Position numbers and translations under genes: made by a program. Source: Terriglobia bacterium (GTDB taxonomy: Bacteria > Acidobacteriota > Terriglobia > 20CM-2-55-15). Taken from it: DNA of 30,221 nt. The notes under the pieces were generated by a model, which searched no databases, was not told the origin of the DNA, and saw nothing but the letters and a program-made list of their open reading frames with translations. Location: the NCBI GenBank assembly GCA_965218585.1, contig CBDCLE010000016.1, positions 1-30,221 on the forward strand. The letters are read 5' to 3'. This document shows, one piece after another, positions 19,540 through 29,706 of this stretch. The first letter of the stretch is position 1; every line of letters starts with the position of its first letter.

Positions 19540-19554
19540 AGATTCATAACCTCG

Positions 19555-20712
19555 CTAATTTGCGGCCGCGACAACTTTCCGAGCCGCATCCTTCATACCG
19601 TCAGCCACAATAAAACTCAGGCCGGAGCTGCGCAGGATCTCCTGCCCCTTTTCAACGTTAGTCCCTTCGAGACGCACAACGACGGGCACCTTTACGCCAA
19701 GCTTCTTGGCGGCTTCGACTACGCCGGCCGCGACGATGTCGCAGCGCATGATGCCTCCAAAAATGTTGATCAGCACGGCCTTGACGTTTTCATCAGACAG
19801 GAGGATGTTGAACGCGTTTTCGACCTGCTCGGCCGAGGCACCCCCACCCACATCCAGGAAGTTGGCAGGGCTACCGCCGGCCAGCTTGATGATGTCCATC
19901 GTCGCCATGGCCAGTCCGGCACCGTTGACCATGCAGGCCACGTTCCCGTCCAGCTTGATGTAGTTGAGGCCGTATTTACTGGCCTCGATCTCCAGTGGCT
20001 CTTCTTCGTTGAGGTCCCGAAGTTCGGCAATGTCCGCATGGCGGTGCAGCGCGTTGTCGTCGAAATTCATCTTCGCATCCAGCGCGTAGACCTTGTTGTC
20101 ACCGGTCACAAGGAAAGGGTTGATTTCGGCCAGGGAGGCGTCCGTCTCCTCGAATGCCTTGTACAGAGCCACCATGAACTTGGACGCGTCTCGGACAAGC
20201 GCCGGGTCCAACCCCAGTCCGAAAGCCAATTTGCGGGCCTGGAAGGGCTGGAGCCCGAGACCGGGCTGAATCCATTCCTTCAATATCCGCTCGGGAGTCT
20301 TGGCGGCCACCTCTTCGATATCCATTCCCCCCTCGGTCGAAGCCATCAATACGGGCAAGCCCACCTGGCGATCAATGACGATCCCAAGATAGAGCTCCCT
20401 CTGGATATCGAGGCCTTCCTCAATGAGGACTTTGCCAACCTTCTGGCCTTCCGGCCCGGTCTGATGCGTAACCAGCTGCATGCCAATGATTTCCCGGGCC
20501 AGATTTTCCGCCTCTTCCGGGCTCTTGGCGAGTTTGACTCCACCCCCCTTGCCCCGGCCGCCGGCATGGATCTGCGCCTTTACGACTACTGTGCCTCCAA
20601 GTCGCTCTGCGATTTCGGGCACTTTGGACGGATCATCGGTCACTTCGCCTCGCGGTATCCGGACCTTGTAGCGATCCAGGATGGCTTTGGCCTGATATTC
20701 GTGGATTTTCAT
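19555..20712 (-). CDS. sucC: Succinyl-CoA synthetase beta subunit
   Basis: [44 protein letters not shown]. Confidence 0.98.
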   Translation of the reverse strand: MKIHEYQAKAILDRYKVRIPRGEVTDDPSKVPEIAERLGGTVVVKAQIHAGGRGKGGGVKLAKSPEEAENLAREIIGMQLVTHQTGPEGQKVGKVLIEEGLDIQRELYLGIVIDRQVGLPVLMASTEGGMDIEEVAAKTPERILKEWIQPGLGLQPFQARKLAFGLGLDPALVRDASKFMVALYKAFEETDASLAEINPFLVTGDNKVYALDAKMNFDDNALHRHADIAELRDLNEEEPLEIEASKYGLNYIKLDGNVACMVNGAGLAMATMDIIKLAGGSPANFLDVGGGASAEQVENAFNILLSDENVKAVLINIFGGIMRCDIVAAGVVEAAKKLGVKVPVVVRLEGTNVEKGQEILRSSGLSFIVADGMKDAARKVVAAAN

Positions 20713-20824
20713 CGATCGCCTACCTCAGAGAGTAATTAATACTTGGGGCCAAACTCGTAACTTTACGGAACCGATGGGGGGGGGGTCAACGCAGTGGAGT
20801 TGCCTGTGACCGGCCCTACCGTCC

Positions 20825-20847
20825 GTGCGCTCATAGAGCGCACCTAC
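20825..20847 (-). repeat. GTAG-type REP-like palindrome
   Basis: Minus strand reads GTAG-GTGCGCTC-TAT-GAGCGCAC, and a second, degenerate GTAG unit follows. Confidence 0.55.
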
Positions 20848-20910
20848 AGGCGCCTTTCTGGGCTTGGTCGGACTGCTACCAGCCGCGTAATGTCCCTCTG
20901 TGCCCAAAAC

Positions 20911-20942
20911 GGGCTTGCGATCAGGATGATCGCGAGCTCGCC
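20911..20942 (+). repeat. 32-bp hairpin repeat, copy A (downstream of pyk)
   Basis: GGGCTTGCGATCAGGATGATCGCGAGCTCGCC, identical to 22642-22673. Confidence 0.9.
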
Positions 20943-21015
20943 GGTTGTTCAGACAGGATGTCTGTAGAACAACCGAGCGAGATCTTCAGAGTTTGCTCAC
21001 TGTCCCCGAATTCAT

Positions 21016-22443
21016 TCAACCCACCCGCTCCACCCTGATAAAGTTCGTCGTTCCTGGAATATGGAGTGGCGTCCCGCTGGTGATCACGACCAGGTCTCCC
21101 GATTTAACCCATCCGGACCGGGTTGCGGCTTCCAGAGCGAAAGCCAACTGTTCTTCGGTGGTGTCGGCCGAGGCAATGGAGCGAGGAACAATCCCCCAGC
21201 AGAACGAAAGGAAGTATCCGGCCGATCTGTTTGGCGTTGCCGCAATGATCGGCTGAGAGGGCCGGAACCGCGCCACCAGTCGCGCGGTCGAACCCGACCA
21301 CGTAGGCGTGATGATCGCCCCCGCGCCCGTCCCGCGTGCGATGTTGTACGCCGAACGGCTGATCGCGTCGTTAACGATCGTCTGGCCTTCAATGTCCCAA
21401 CGAAACTTTCCTTCGTCCACCGACGATTCGACCTCGGTGGCGATACGGTCCATCATCTGGACAGCTTCGAGAGGGTAGCTGCCCGCCGCCGTCTCCTCCG
21501 AGAGCATCACAGCATCGGTTCCGTCGAGGATGGCATTGGCCACATCGGCCGTCTCCGCTCGCGTGGGTCTTGGGTTGTCCACCATGCGGACCAGCATCTG
21601 CGTCGCGGTGATCACCGGCTTGGCGACGGCATTCGCTTTTCGAATGATCATCTTCTGAACGAGCGGCACGCGCGCCAGGTCGATCTCCAACCCGAGGTCA
21701 CCCCGCGCGATCATGACTCCGTCCGATGCCTCGAGAATGCGGTCGATGTTGTCCACCGCCTGTGGTTTTTCGATCTTCGCAATGATGGGAACCTCCGAAC
21801 CCATCTTTCCAACTGCCTGGCGCAAGGCCTCGATGTCCTGCTCGCTCCGGACGAAGCTGAGCGCCATCGCATCCACGCCTTCGTCGAGGGCTACTTCGAT
21901 GTCATGCAAATCCTTTTCGGTGAGCGATTCCATTTCTACCCGTGTCGTGGGCAGGTTCACACCCTGATTCGAACTCAGAACGCCTTCGACAACGACCCGG
22001 CAATAAACGTCGGGTGGTTCGATACGTTCCACCAAAAGTTCGATCGTCCCGTCAGCGAGCAGGACGCGATGTCCCGACTGCACTTCTTCGTGAAAGTTCT
22101 CCAGGGAAACACCGACTCTGCCAGCGTCACCGGTAGCAGATTCAGAAGTCAGAACGAGGGTCGTACCTCTCCCCAGCCAGACGGTTCCGCTTTCAATCTT
22201 TCCAATCCGGATCTTGGGCCCCTGAAGATCCTGAAGAATCGCAACGGGCACATCTAGTTTTTCGCGGACGGATTTGATCCTGCGAATCAGAAGACGGTGG
22301 TAGTCGGAATCGCCATGCGAGAAGTTGATTCGGGCCACGTTGAGGCCCGCCTCGATCAGGGAGGTCAACATCTCTTCGGAGTCACATGCCGGTCCGATCG
22401 TGCAGACTAGTTTTGTTCGTCTCAGTGTGTTTTGGCCGTCCAT
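21016..22443 (-). CDS. pyk: Pyruvate kinase
   Basis: RRTKLVCTIGPA, RINFSHG, DLQGPKIR, MIARGDLG, ATQML, DAVMLSEETA. Confidence 0.98.
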   Translation of the reverse strand: MDGQNTLRRTKLVCTIGPACDSEEMLTSLIEAGLNVARINFSHGDSDYHRLLIRRIKSVREKLDVPVAILQDLQGPKIRIGKIESGTVWLGRGTTLVLTSESATGDAGRVGVSLENFHEEVQSGHRVLLADGTIELLVERIEPPDVYCRVVVEGVLSSNQGVNLPTTRVEMESLTEKDLHDIEVALDEGVDAMALSFVRSEQDIEALRQAVGKMGSEVPIIAKIEKPQAVDNIDRILEASDGVMIARGDLGLEIDLARVPLVQKMIIRKANAVAKPVITATQMLVRMVDNPRPTRAETADVANAILDGTDAVMLSEETAAGSYPLEAVQMMDRIATEVESSVDEGKFRWDIEGQTIVNDAISRSAYNIARGTGAGAIITPTWSGSTARLVARFRPSQPIIAATPNRSAGYFLSFCWGIVPRSIASADTTEEQLAFALEAATRSGWVKSGDLVVITSGTPLHIPGTTNFIRVERVG

Positions 22444-22641
22444 GAATATCTATTATGGCTTATCAGGTGGACGGACACTGCCGTAACAGCCTTGGGGACC
22501 AAAAGTGGGAATAGACTTCCTTAAATTGTCCGCTTGTCTTATTCACCTGCCGCTTCGGCTTCGCCTCGTTGGCCCCCCACACGGAGGAACCGTTCGGGGC
22601 CTTCTGCACTGACCCGCGAAGTTCCGCTGCGTCCCCAAAAA

Positions 22642-22673
22642 GGGCTTGCGATCAGGATGATCGCGAGCTCGCC
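22642..22673 (+). repeat. 32-bp hairpin repeat, copy B (upstream of pyk)
   Basis: Identical to 20911-20942; weaker similarity extends ~30 bp to the left in both copies. Confidence 0.9.
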
Positions 22674-22870
22674 CCGCTTTGACATAGAAGACTCGGCCAG
22701 GATGGCCGTTTGAACGACCGAGTGCAATCTTCGTCCTCAGGCCGGCCAAATCGTTCGCACCTCCTTAAGAGTGGAGACACGTCACCCTTCTTGCTCCCCC
22801 AATCCCAATCCCCTCCCTATGCTACAATTTCAGCCGCTCTCTTCTGGGCGAACCAGAAAGGGCCTGAGGG

Positions 22871-24193
22871 GTGGAAGTGCTTGAAAAAAGTATCACTATC
22901 GAACCTGCCGAAGGCAAACTGGGAGTCCTGATACCGGGTCTGGGCGCGGTCAGCACAACCTTCATTGCCGGCGTCGAAGCGATAAAGAAGAAGATTGCTC
23001 AGCCCATCGGATCGTTGACTCAGCTCGGCACTATTCGCCTGGGAAAACGGACCGATCACAGGGTGCCGCGCATTCAAGATTTCGTCCCGCTGGCCGGACT
23101 CGACGACCTGGTGTTCGGTGGCTGGGACATCTATGAAGACAACTGCTTCGACGCAGCGTCAAAAGCAGGAGTTCTCGACAAGACACTTCTGGATGACGTG
23201 CGGGGGGGAATCGAGGGCATCGTTCCATGGAAAGCCGTCTTCAACCAGGAATACGTCAAGAAACTCGACGGCACCAACGTCAAGACCGGCAAGAACAAAA
23301 TGGAGCTCGCCGAGCAGGTCACCGCAGACATCGACGCGTTCAGGCAGACACACAACCTCAGCCGGATGGTTATGGTCTGGTGCGGCAGCACTGAAGTGTT
23401 CATGAAACCCGGGGTCGTACATCAGACGCTGGACTCATTCGAAGCCGGACTCAGGGACAATGACCCAGCCATCGCGCCCAGCATGATCTATGCCTACGCG
23501 GCGTTGTCTCGCGGCATACCGTTTGCAAACGGGGCTCCGAACCTGACCGTCGACGTGCCCGCTCTAACCCAGCTCGCACAGGATAAGAGTGTTCCGATCT
23601 GCGGCAAGGACTTCAAAACCGGTCAAACACTGATGAAAACCATCATCGCCCCGGGATTGAAGTCGCGGCTGATCGGGCTGAACGGATGGTTTTCGACCAA
23701 CATTCTCGGCAACCGGGATGGTGAGGTTCTCGACGATCCGGATTCCTTCAAGACGAAAGAAGAAAGCAAGCTGAGCGTGCTGGATCAGATACTGCAACCG
23801 GACCTATACCCGCAGCTCTACGGAGACTTCACCCACAAGGTCCGCATCAACTATTACCCGCCGCGCGGAGACAACAAGGAAGGTTGGGATAACATCGACA
23901 TCTTCGGCTGGCTCGGACGGCCCATGCAGATCAAGATCGACTTTCTCTGCCGCGACAGCATTCTTGCGGCACCGATCGTCCTGGACCTTGTACTTTTTCT
24001 CGACCTGGCCAAACGTTGCGGCATGCACGGGATACAGGAGTGGCTGAGTTTTTACTTCAAGAGTCCCATGTGCGCGCCCGGCCTGTACCCAGAGCACGAT
24101 CTCTTCATTCAGCTGATGAAGTTGAAAAACACCTTACGCTACCTGCGCGGCGAAGAGTTGATCACTCATCTCGGTATGGAATACTACGACTGA
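22871..24193 (+). CDS. ino1: Myo-inositol-1-phosphate synthase
   Basis: GLGAVSTT, GGWD, GKDFKTGQT, NILGNRDG, GDNKE.WD, RDSILAAP, FYFKSP. Confidence 0.95.
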   Translation: MEVLEKSITIEPAEGKLGVLIPGLGAVSTTFIAGVEAIKKKIAQPIGSLTQLGTIRLGKRTDHRVPRIQDFVPLAGLDDLVFGGWDIYEDNCFDAASKAGVLDKTLLDDVRGGIEGIVPWKAVFNQEYVKKLDGTNVKTGKNKMELAEQVTADIDAFRQTHNLSRMVMVWCGSTEVFMKPGVVHQTLDSFEAGLRDNDPAIAPSMIYAYAALSRGIPFANGAPNLTVDVPALTQLAQDKSVPICGKDFKTGQTLMKTIIAPGLKSRLIGLNGWFSTNILGNRDGEVLDDPDSFKTKEESKLSVLDQILQPDLYPQLYGDFTHKVRINYYPPRGDNKEGWDNIDIFGWLGRPMQIKIDFLCRDSILAAPIVLDLVLFLDLAKRCGMHGIQEWLSFYFKSPMCAPGLYPEHDLFIQLMKLKNTLRYLRGEELITHLGMEYYD

Positions 24194-24284
24194 CTGGAAC
24201 CGACGCACAATTATTTGCTCGCGAATTTCGAGTACAAACGTCCATAATTGAGTGATATACGCTGATCGAAGACGAGGCCTCCAG

Positions 24285-25325
24285 ATGAAACCGACGACAC
24301 TTCTGGTTACAACACTCGTTCTGTTGCTGGTGTCCACCAACCCTGCAGCCGCTCAAGAGTTCCAAACCAAAGCCGAGTTCGACGCCTACATGGCGCTCTA
24401 CAACGAGACCGACACCAACACCAAAGTCGACCTGGGAGAGGTCTTCGTAGCCGAATACCCGGATTCGGAAGCCGCTCCCATCGCCTATCAGATCCTGGTA
24501 GCGGCTCATTTCAGCGGGAGGAATTGGCGAGGAGTGGTCGACGTGACCCAGCGATTCGAGCAGGCCTTTCCCGACGCCAGCCCGGAAACCCAGTCGTTTA
24601 TCTACCGGCGCGCGATGGCAGCCGCCCAGCAGACGAACAGCCCTGACGGCATCATTCAGTACGGCGAACATATCCTGGAACTTGAACGCAACGACCTTGG
24701 CGCTTTACTGACTCTGCCCCCTGTCATTCTGGACAACTTGCCGGCTTTCGGCAGCGGCCGGGAGAAAGGCCTGGCACGTTCGTTCGAGCTTGCCAATCGG
24801 GCACGCCTACAGGCACAGACAACCTATCCAGCCCTCAGAGCGAGTCAGGACCCACAGGCAAACGCCCAGCGAATACAGGTCTTTTCTACGATCCACATGT
24901 CTCTGGGTACGGTGCACTACGTCAGAGAAGACTATGACCGTGCGATACAGGAATACGAAACAGTGCTTACCTTTGACCGTCAGCACCCGCTGGCGTATCT
25001 GCAGATTGGGTTGGCACGGCAGTTCCAGGCAGCCCGTAGCTCCGTCCTCCTGCAAGAAGCGGCGGGAGACGAACTGACAGAAGACGACGACCTGCCTCCG
25101 GAAGTTGCAGCCCTGGAACAGGAAGTCATAAACAGCACTGAACTCGCCATGGACTCGCTTGCAAAGGCCGTTTCCCTTGGAGGCCAGGCCGCGGGCCAGG
25201 CCCGGATCGAGCTGGAGAGACTGTACCGAAACAGAAACGAGGACTCGGTAGAAGGTCTCGATGAGTTCATCGGAGACAAGCGGGCCGAATTGCTGGAACC
25301 GGAAGAGACCGAAGAACCGGAATAA
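24285..25325 (+). CDS. Secreted tetratricopeptide-repeat protein
   Basis: Signal peptide (AAA-Q); TPR-like LG..HY..EDYDRAI.EY..L; helical composition. Confidence 0.75.
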   Translation: MKPTTLLVTTLVLLLVSTNPAAAQEFQTKAEFDAYMALYNETDTNTKVDLGEVFVAEYPDSEAAPIAYQILVAAHFSGRNWRGVVDVTQRFEQAFPDASPETQSFIYRRAMAAAQQTNSPDGIIQYGEHILELERNDLGALLTLPPVILDNLPAFGSGREKGLARSFELANRARLQAQTTYPALRASQDPQANAQRIQVFSTIHMSLGTVHYVREDYDRAIQEYETVLTFDRQHPLAYLQIGLARQFQAARSSVLLQEAAGDELTEDDDLPPEVAALEQEVINSTELAMDSLAKAVSLGGQAAGQARIELERLYRNRNEDSVEGLDEFIGDKRAELLEPEETEEPE

Positions 25326-25415
25326 CAGCAACCCTCCGCAGCCCTCGGCCGTCAGCTCTCAGGCAGGAACTCTAAAACAATTCTCTTTGCCTCGCTGCCT
25401 CTGTGGTCAGAAGAC

Positions 25416-25931
25416 CTAGGGGGCAGGGTTCGTCTCGTGGCAGGTGAGACAGGTCACGGTTCCTGTCAGCTTCGCACTCGCGCCGAACTCGTCACTGTTC
25501 AGGCGCCCCACCCACCGCCGCATAAGGTCGGCCATAAAATCGAGATCCTCTTCGTATTCGGTAACCAGAGGGACTCGCTGTTTAGGGATATTGGCAAAGT
25601 TGACCTGGCCCGACACATGACAATCAGTACACCAGACCCGATCGTCAACGGGATCGATCAGAGGCGAATTCCAGTCAGGATTCGGATTCCGGTTCGTTGG
25701 AGTGCTGTACAGCGCCTCGACCCAGGTGTGCATGAAGTAGGCCTTGACGAAAGGTGGCGCATCGTCCTCTTCACCTTCAACGGAGAGCTCTGGCATTCCT
25801 AACGGAGAAGCCCGAGGAACCTCGGGCCGGGAGGAATCCTCCAGACGCGGGCCATCGCTGATGCGTTCGATGTTCTGGTTGCAGGCCGCAACGAAAAGGA
25901 TCAGGATGCTGGACAGAACCCACCGTTTCAT
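25416..25931 (-). CDS. Diheme c-type cytochrome lipoprotein
   Basis: Lipobox FVAAC; two CXXCH motifs (CTDCH, CLTCH), each preceded by a Met-containing helix (YFMHTW, DLMRRW). Confidence 0.8.
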   Translation of the reverse strand: MKRWVLSSILILFVAACNQNIERISDGPRLEDSSRPEVPRASPLGMPELSVEGEEDDAPPFVKAYFMHTWVEALYSTPTNRNPNPDWNSPLIDPVDDRVWCTDCHVSGQVNFANIPKQRVPLVTEYEEDLDFMADLMRRWVGRLNSDEFGASAKLTGTVTCLTCHETNPAP

Positions 25932-25999
25932 AATTACGGTATTCTACCAGAGGCTCAGTCATTGACGCTGCGGCGTCGATCCCAGGCCCTGGAAATATC

Positions 26000-26551
26000 A
26001 TGGTTAATAGAAGGGACTTCTTCCGAGGCTTCGTCAAAAAGAAGCCTAGAATCGGTCGAACACGCGCCGACCGCAACACGCGCTACCACGCCCTCGAAAC
26101 CCTCGTTCGAATCGAACTCCTGCCTGACGACTTCGCTCTGACCAAAAAGGAGGACGCTTACCTGCGGTCCCGCACCCGCTCCTTTCTGGAGGAAGCCAAC
26201 GACGACGAGCTCTTTTCGACTGAGATCGTCACCCGTTTGAAACAGCTCGTCGAGGACATCCTCGAGCCTTGGCGCATGGCCAGTGCCGAGGTCACCCCCG
26301 AGAGGAGTCCCGAGCAGTTGCGCGAGGCGGCGGTAGCCAAGGTCGCAGTGTTTCTCGATCATATGTCGGAAAGGCAGATCGAGCGCCTGAGGACCTGCCT
26401 GTCATTGTCCGACGGAACCGATCTGGGGAGCTACCTGAGAGAGGAGATTTCGACCTGGGTTGGACAGATGGAAGATTCCGAAATACTCAGGCACGACACG
26501 TTCACTATCCAGGAACCCGTCTTCGCCCACCTGCGTAACATCTGCCCATAG
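26000..26551 (+). CDS. Hypothetical protein with N-terminal NRRDFF motif
   Basis: 183-aa ORF with protein-like composition; no recognised domain. Confidence 0.65.
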   Translation: MVNRRDFFRGFVKKKPRIGRTRADRNTRYHALETLVRIELLPDDFALTKKEDAYLRSRTRSFLEEANDDELFSTEIVTRLKQLVEDILEPWRMASAEVTPERSPEQLREAAVAKVAVFLDHMSERQIERLRTCLSLSDGTDLGSYLREEISTWVGQMEDSEILRHDTFTIQEPVFAHLRNICP

Positions 26552-26617
26552 CAGCCCGTGGCATCTGGAGCTTTGACTACTCCTGTGAGAGGATTGGGGA
26601 CCGAAAAGGAGCGTCCA

Positions 26618-27241
26618 ATGCGAAGGATAGCGTGTACAGCAATAGTGTGTCTTATCCTGACCGGATCGGGGATGGGCCAGGATGTGGCAACCGAAGGCGA
26701 TGCCCTGCTTGTGCCTCTCCCGAACCTTGAACGTATCGTCGACACATACGTGCCCATCGTGTCATCAGACCCCGATGAGTATTACGAGCAATTGCGTGCC
26801 GACGTAATCCCTTACATTCGTGCCCTCAAGAAAGACGGCGTTATCCGGTGGTATGCCTTTCTCCTGCACGGTGCGGATCAGATCGGCCCCCGGGTGCCTG
26901 CCGATAGTGGCGAAAGTTATATTCACCTGTTTCTTGAACCGGGAATCGGTCTGGAATTCGAGGAATTCGCACCCCAACTGCCGGACCACTTCTCGAATCC
27001 CGAATCCCGGCCGCTAGGAAGTTTTGCAGGGATCGACGGGGAAGCAATTCAGGACAATGACTGGGCATACGGCTGGAAAGGCATCGGTGAGGCGTCGGAA
27101 TTCGTCCTTCGGCTCATCGAAAATCACGGAGACAATGCCATACCTCAATCGAATATCCTCCAGTTCCTGCACTTCATCGCGAACCCCTTACATCTGGGTA
27201 CGAAGTTCATGTTTCTTCCCGAAGACCCGATCCGCTTCTAA
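26618..27241 (+). CDS. Hypothetical secreted protein
   Basis: AAGGAG RBS and signal peptide MRRIACTAIVCLILTGSGMG. Confidence 0.7.
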   Translation: MRRIACTAIVCLILTGSGMGQDVATEGDALLVPLPNLERIVDTYVPIVSSDPDEYYEQLRADVIPYIRALKKDGVIRWYAFLLHGADQIGPRVPADSGESYIHLFLEPGIGLEFEEFAPQLPDHFSNPESRPLGSFAGIDGEAIQDNDWAYGWKGIGEASEFVLRLIENHGDNAIPQSNILQFLHFIANPLHLGTKFMFLPEDPIRF

Positions 27242-27324
27242 AAAGTGGGGTTCAGGTCACTCTTTTGTGGTCACGATCTACCTCGCGACGAAGGAACGCA
27301 AAAGAGTGACCTGTCCCCACTTTT
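27241..27324. repeat. Long inverted repeat (~27-bp arms), terminator or REP/MITE-like
   Basis: AAAAGTGGGGTTCAGGTCACTCTTTTG ... CAAAAGAGTGACCTGTCCCCACTTTT. Confidence 0.8.
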
Positions 27325-27468
27325 ATCCCGTCCTTCCGCAGCAACCTGGGGCGCCCACGCCCCAGGTACACTTGCAGCGTCGTTGACCCCCTGCTAGAAT
27401 TCTTTGTTTACGCCGCCGATAGGAAAGTGAACCTAGGAGTCCGTGGCGGAAGGAAAGTCAACAACCGA

Positions 27469-27801
27469 ATGCGCGCCTCAATCCTGAAAAAGTACAAACA
27501 AATCCTCCTCAGCAAACGAGCGGAGATCATCGACTCCCCAGAACGGTCTACAGTTGTCGACGAAGTTATGCGAACGGGTGACTGGGTCGATCACTCAAGC
27601 CAGGAGAACGACCTTCACGTCAACCTGGCGCTGAAGCAAACCGACACCAAGCTGCTTCGGGCTATCGACGACGCCCTCGGGCGCGTAGAACAGGGCACGT
27701 TCGGTATCTGCATGGATTGTGAGGAACCGATCGCAGAAGTGCGTCTCGATGCAGTGCCGTGGACTCGGGTTTGTATCGATTGCAAAGAAAGGCAGGACTA
27801 G
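27469..27801 (+). CDS. TraR/DksA C4 zinc-finger regulator
   Basis: GD..D, IDDAL.R...GTFGICMDC...I..RL.AVPW...CIDC. Confidence 0.92.
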   Translation: MRASILKKYKQILLSKRAEIIDSPERSTVVDEVMRTGDWVDHSSQENDLHVNLALKQTDTKLLRAIDDALGRVEQGTFGICMDCEEPIAEVRLDAVPWTRVCIDCKERQD

Positions 27802-27859
27802 CAGCAGAAAGCCGACCACTTCCCCTGTCTGACGCCGACCGGCGTCAACTCTTCGAACT

Positions 27860-28357
27860 TCAACCAGGACGTGTTTCAGGAATGCCGTCGCCGTCATAGA
27901 ACACGGCAGGTGGGTCGCAACCCAGCGATTCGGCCAACTCCTTCGCTAGTCTCTGGAGCGCTGGCTTGCTGAAGCCGAAATCGGCCATTCGAATCCGCCG
28001 CTCCTGGTCGATCAGAAAAAGCGTGGGAACGAACCGAAGTTCGTAAGCTGACGACACCGGATAGGGGTGTTCATCGATCGCAACCGGAAACCCCAGCCCG
28101 TGTTCGTCAATGAACTCACGTGTTTCCTTCGTGTCGTCCTGAGAAATTCCCCAGATTCTGGGCTCTCGGCTCCCGGTCAAGCCATTGAAAATATTCTGGA
28201 TGAACGGAAACGCAAACTGGCAGGTCGGGCAGGAACTCTTGTAGAAAGCCAGCGCAACAGGACCCGAGGCGATCCCTTCAGACAGCTTAAGCGACGCACC
28301 TTCCAGTGTGCGCAATTCAAAGTCGGGTGCGACGGTTCCTTCTTCGAGGTGTTCCAC
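27860..28357 (-). CDS. Redoxin (AhpC/TSA, TlpA-like) family protein
   Basis: APDFEL, CPTC, GISQD, VPTLFLID. Confidence 0.88.
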   Translation of the reverse strand: MEHLEEGTVAPDFELRTLEGASLKLSEGIASGPVALAFYKSSCPTCQFAFPFIQNIFNGLTGSREPRIWGISQDDTKETREFIDEHGLGFPVAIDEHPYPVSSAYELRFVPTLFLIDQERRIRMADFGFSKPALQRLAKELAESLGCDPPAVFYDGDGIPETRPG

Positions 28358-28571
28358 TGGCTTGTTTTTCTACTCCAAACGGTTTAAATACTTGGGACGA
28401 GTGCCCTACTCGACATAATAGCGCACGCGAAACAGTTATTCGAGAGTGGGCCCTTGGAAGGGCCTGGTGGCCTGTAATTCAACAGTTCAACGTCTTCGGC
28501 TGATTCGGCATATTACCTAGGAGTTCGGCAGGCTCCAGCCGTCGACGGGTGAAGGACGGAAAGAAGGACCC

Positions 28572-29647
28572 ATGGCGAAAATCGATGCTTTCTTTAACTT
28601 GATGGACGAAACGGGCGCGTCGGATCTTCATCTGGTTGCAGGATCCCAACCCATTCTGAGAGTCAGCGGTGAGCTGGAACGTGTCAAGTACGATCCCCTG
28701 GACAGCGATGAGCTCAAGGCGATGCTCTATGAGATCGCGCCGGAGTTCAAGGTCAAGATTTTTGAAGAAACGGGGGACGTCGATTTCGGATACGAAATAC
28801 CCGGGGTGGCCCGCTATCGCGCAAACTTCTTCAACCAAAAGAACGGGGTTGCGGCCGTTTTCAGCAGATTCCATCCACCGTCCTGACAGCCGAACAGTTG
28901 GGGCTCCCCCCGATTCTTACGAAGTTCGCGATGCTCCACAAGGGGCTGATACTGGTCACCGGACCCACGGGTAGCGGCAAATCGACCACACTGGCGGCCA
29001 TCGTAGACCATGCCAACAAGAATCGAAAGGATCACATACTGACCGTTGAGGATCCGATCGAGTTTGTTCACCAGAGCCACAGCTCGATCGTCAATCATCG
29101 GGAGGTTGGCCTTCATACCAAGTCGTTCGCGGCAGCGCTCCGCGGAGCCTTGCGCGAAGATCCCGACGTCATTCTGGTTGGTGAGATGCGTGACCTGGAA
29201 ACGATTTCCTTGGCGATTGAAGCCGCGGCCACGGGTCACCTCGTCTTTGGAACCCTACATACCCCCAGTGCTCCGAAAACAGTCGATCGTGTTATCGATG
29301 TTTTTCCAGCCGGCCAACAGAACCAGATTCGAAACACGCTGTCAGAAGCTCTCAAAGGTGTTGTCGCCCAGAACCTTTTCAAGCGTATCGATAAGAAGGG
29401 TCGGGTGGCCGCTCTGGAAATCCTTGTTGTCACACCGGCAATCGCCAACCTGATCCGCGAGGCAAAGACCTTCCAGATCCCGGGCATGTTGCAAGTCGGG
29501 AAGAAATACGGCATGCAGACGCTCGACGACGCGATCATGGCGATGTTGAACAAAAAGATCATCAGCCCGGAAGACGCCTACGATAAGGCAAATGACAAGA
29601 ATAAGTTCCGGCCGTTACTCAAGAATCCACCTGAAGAATGGCAGTGA
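28572..29647 (+). CDS. pilT: Type IV pilus retraction ATPase PilT, 1-nt frameshift at ~28862
   Basis: GASDLHL and RYRANFF in one frame; [46 protein letters not shown] in the next. Confidence 0.93.
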
Positions 29648-29706
29648 TGCCCGGCACCTGCCGTGAGGGTAGAAGGAATCTCTTGTTTTATTGGAGCTGA
29701 CCGATC

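Noticed and set aside
18721-20739. 672-aa plus-strand ORF
   Set aside because: Antisense shadow of sucCD, typical of high-GC codon bias; no motifs.
22543-22749. Short ORF with FLGTQRNFAGQ, reminiscent of IS200 TnpA
   Set aside because: No HUH motif or catalytic Tyr context; it overlaps the hairpin repeat, so chance similarity is likely.
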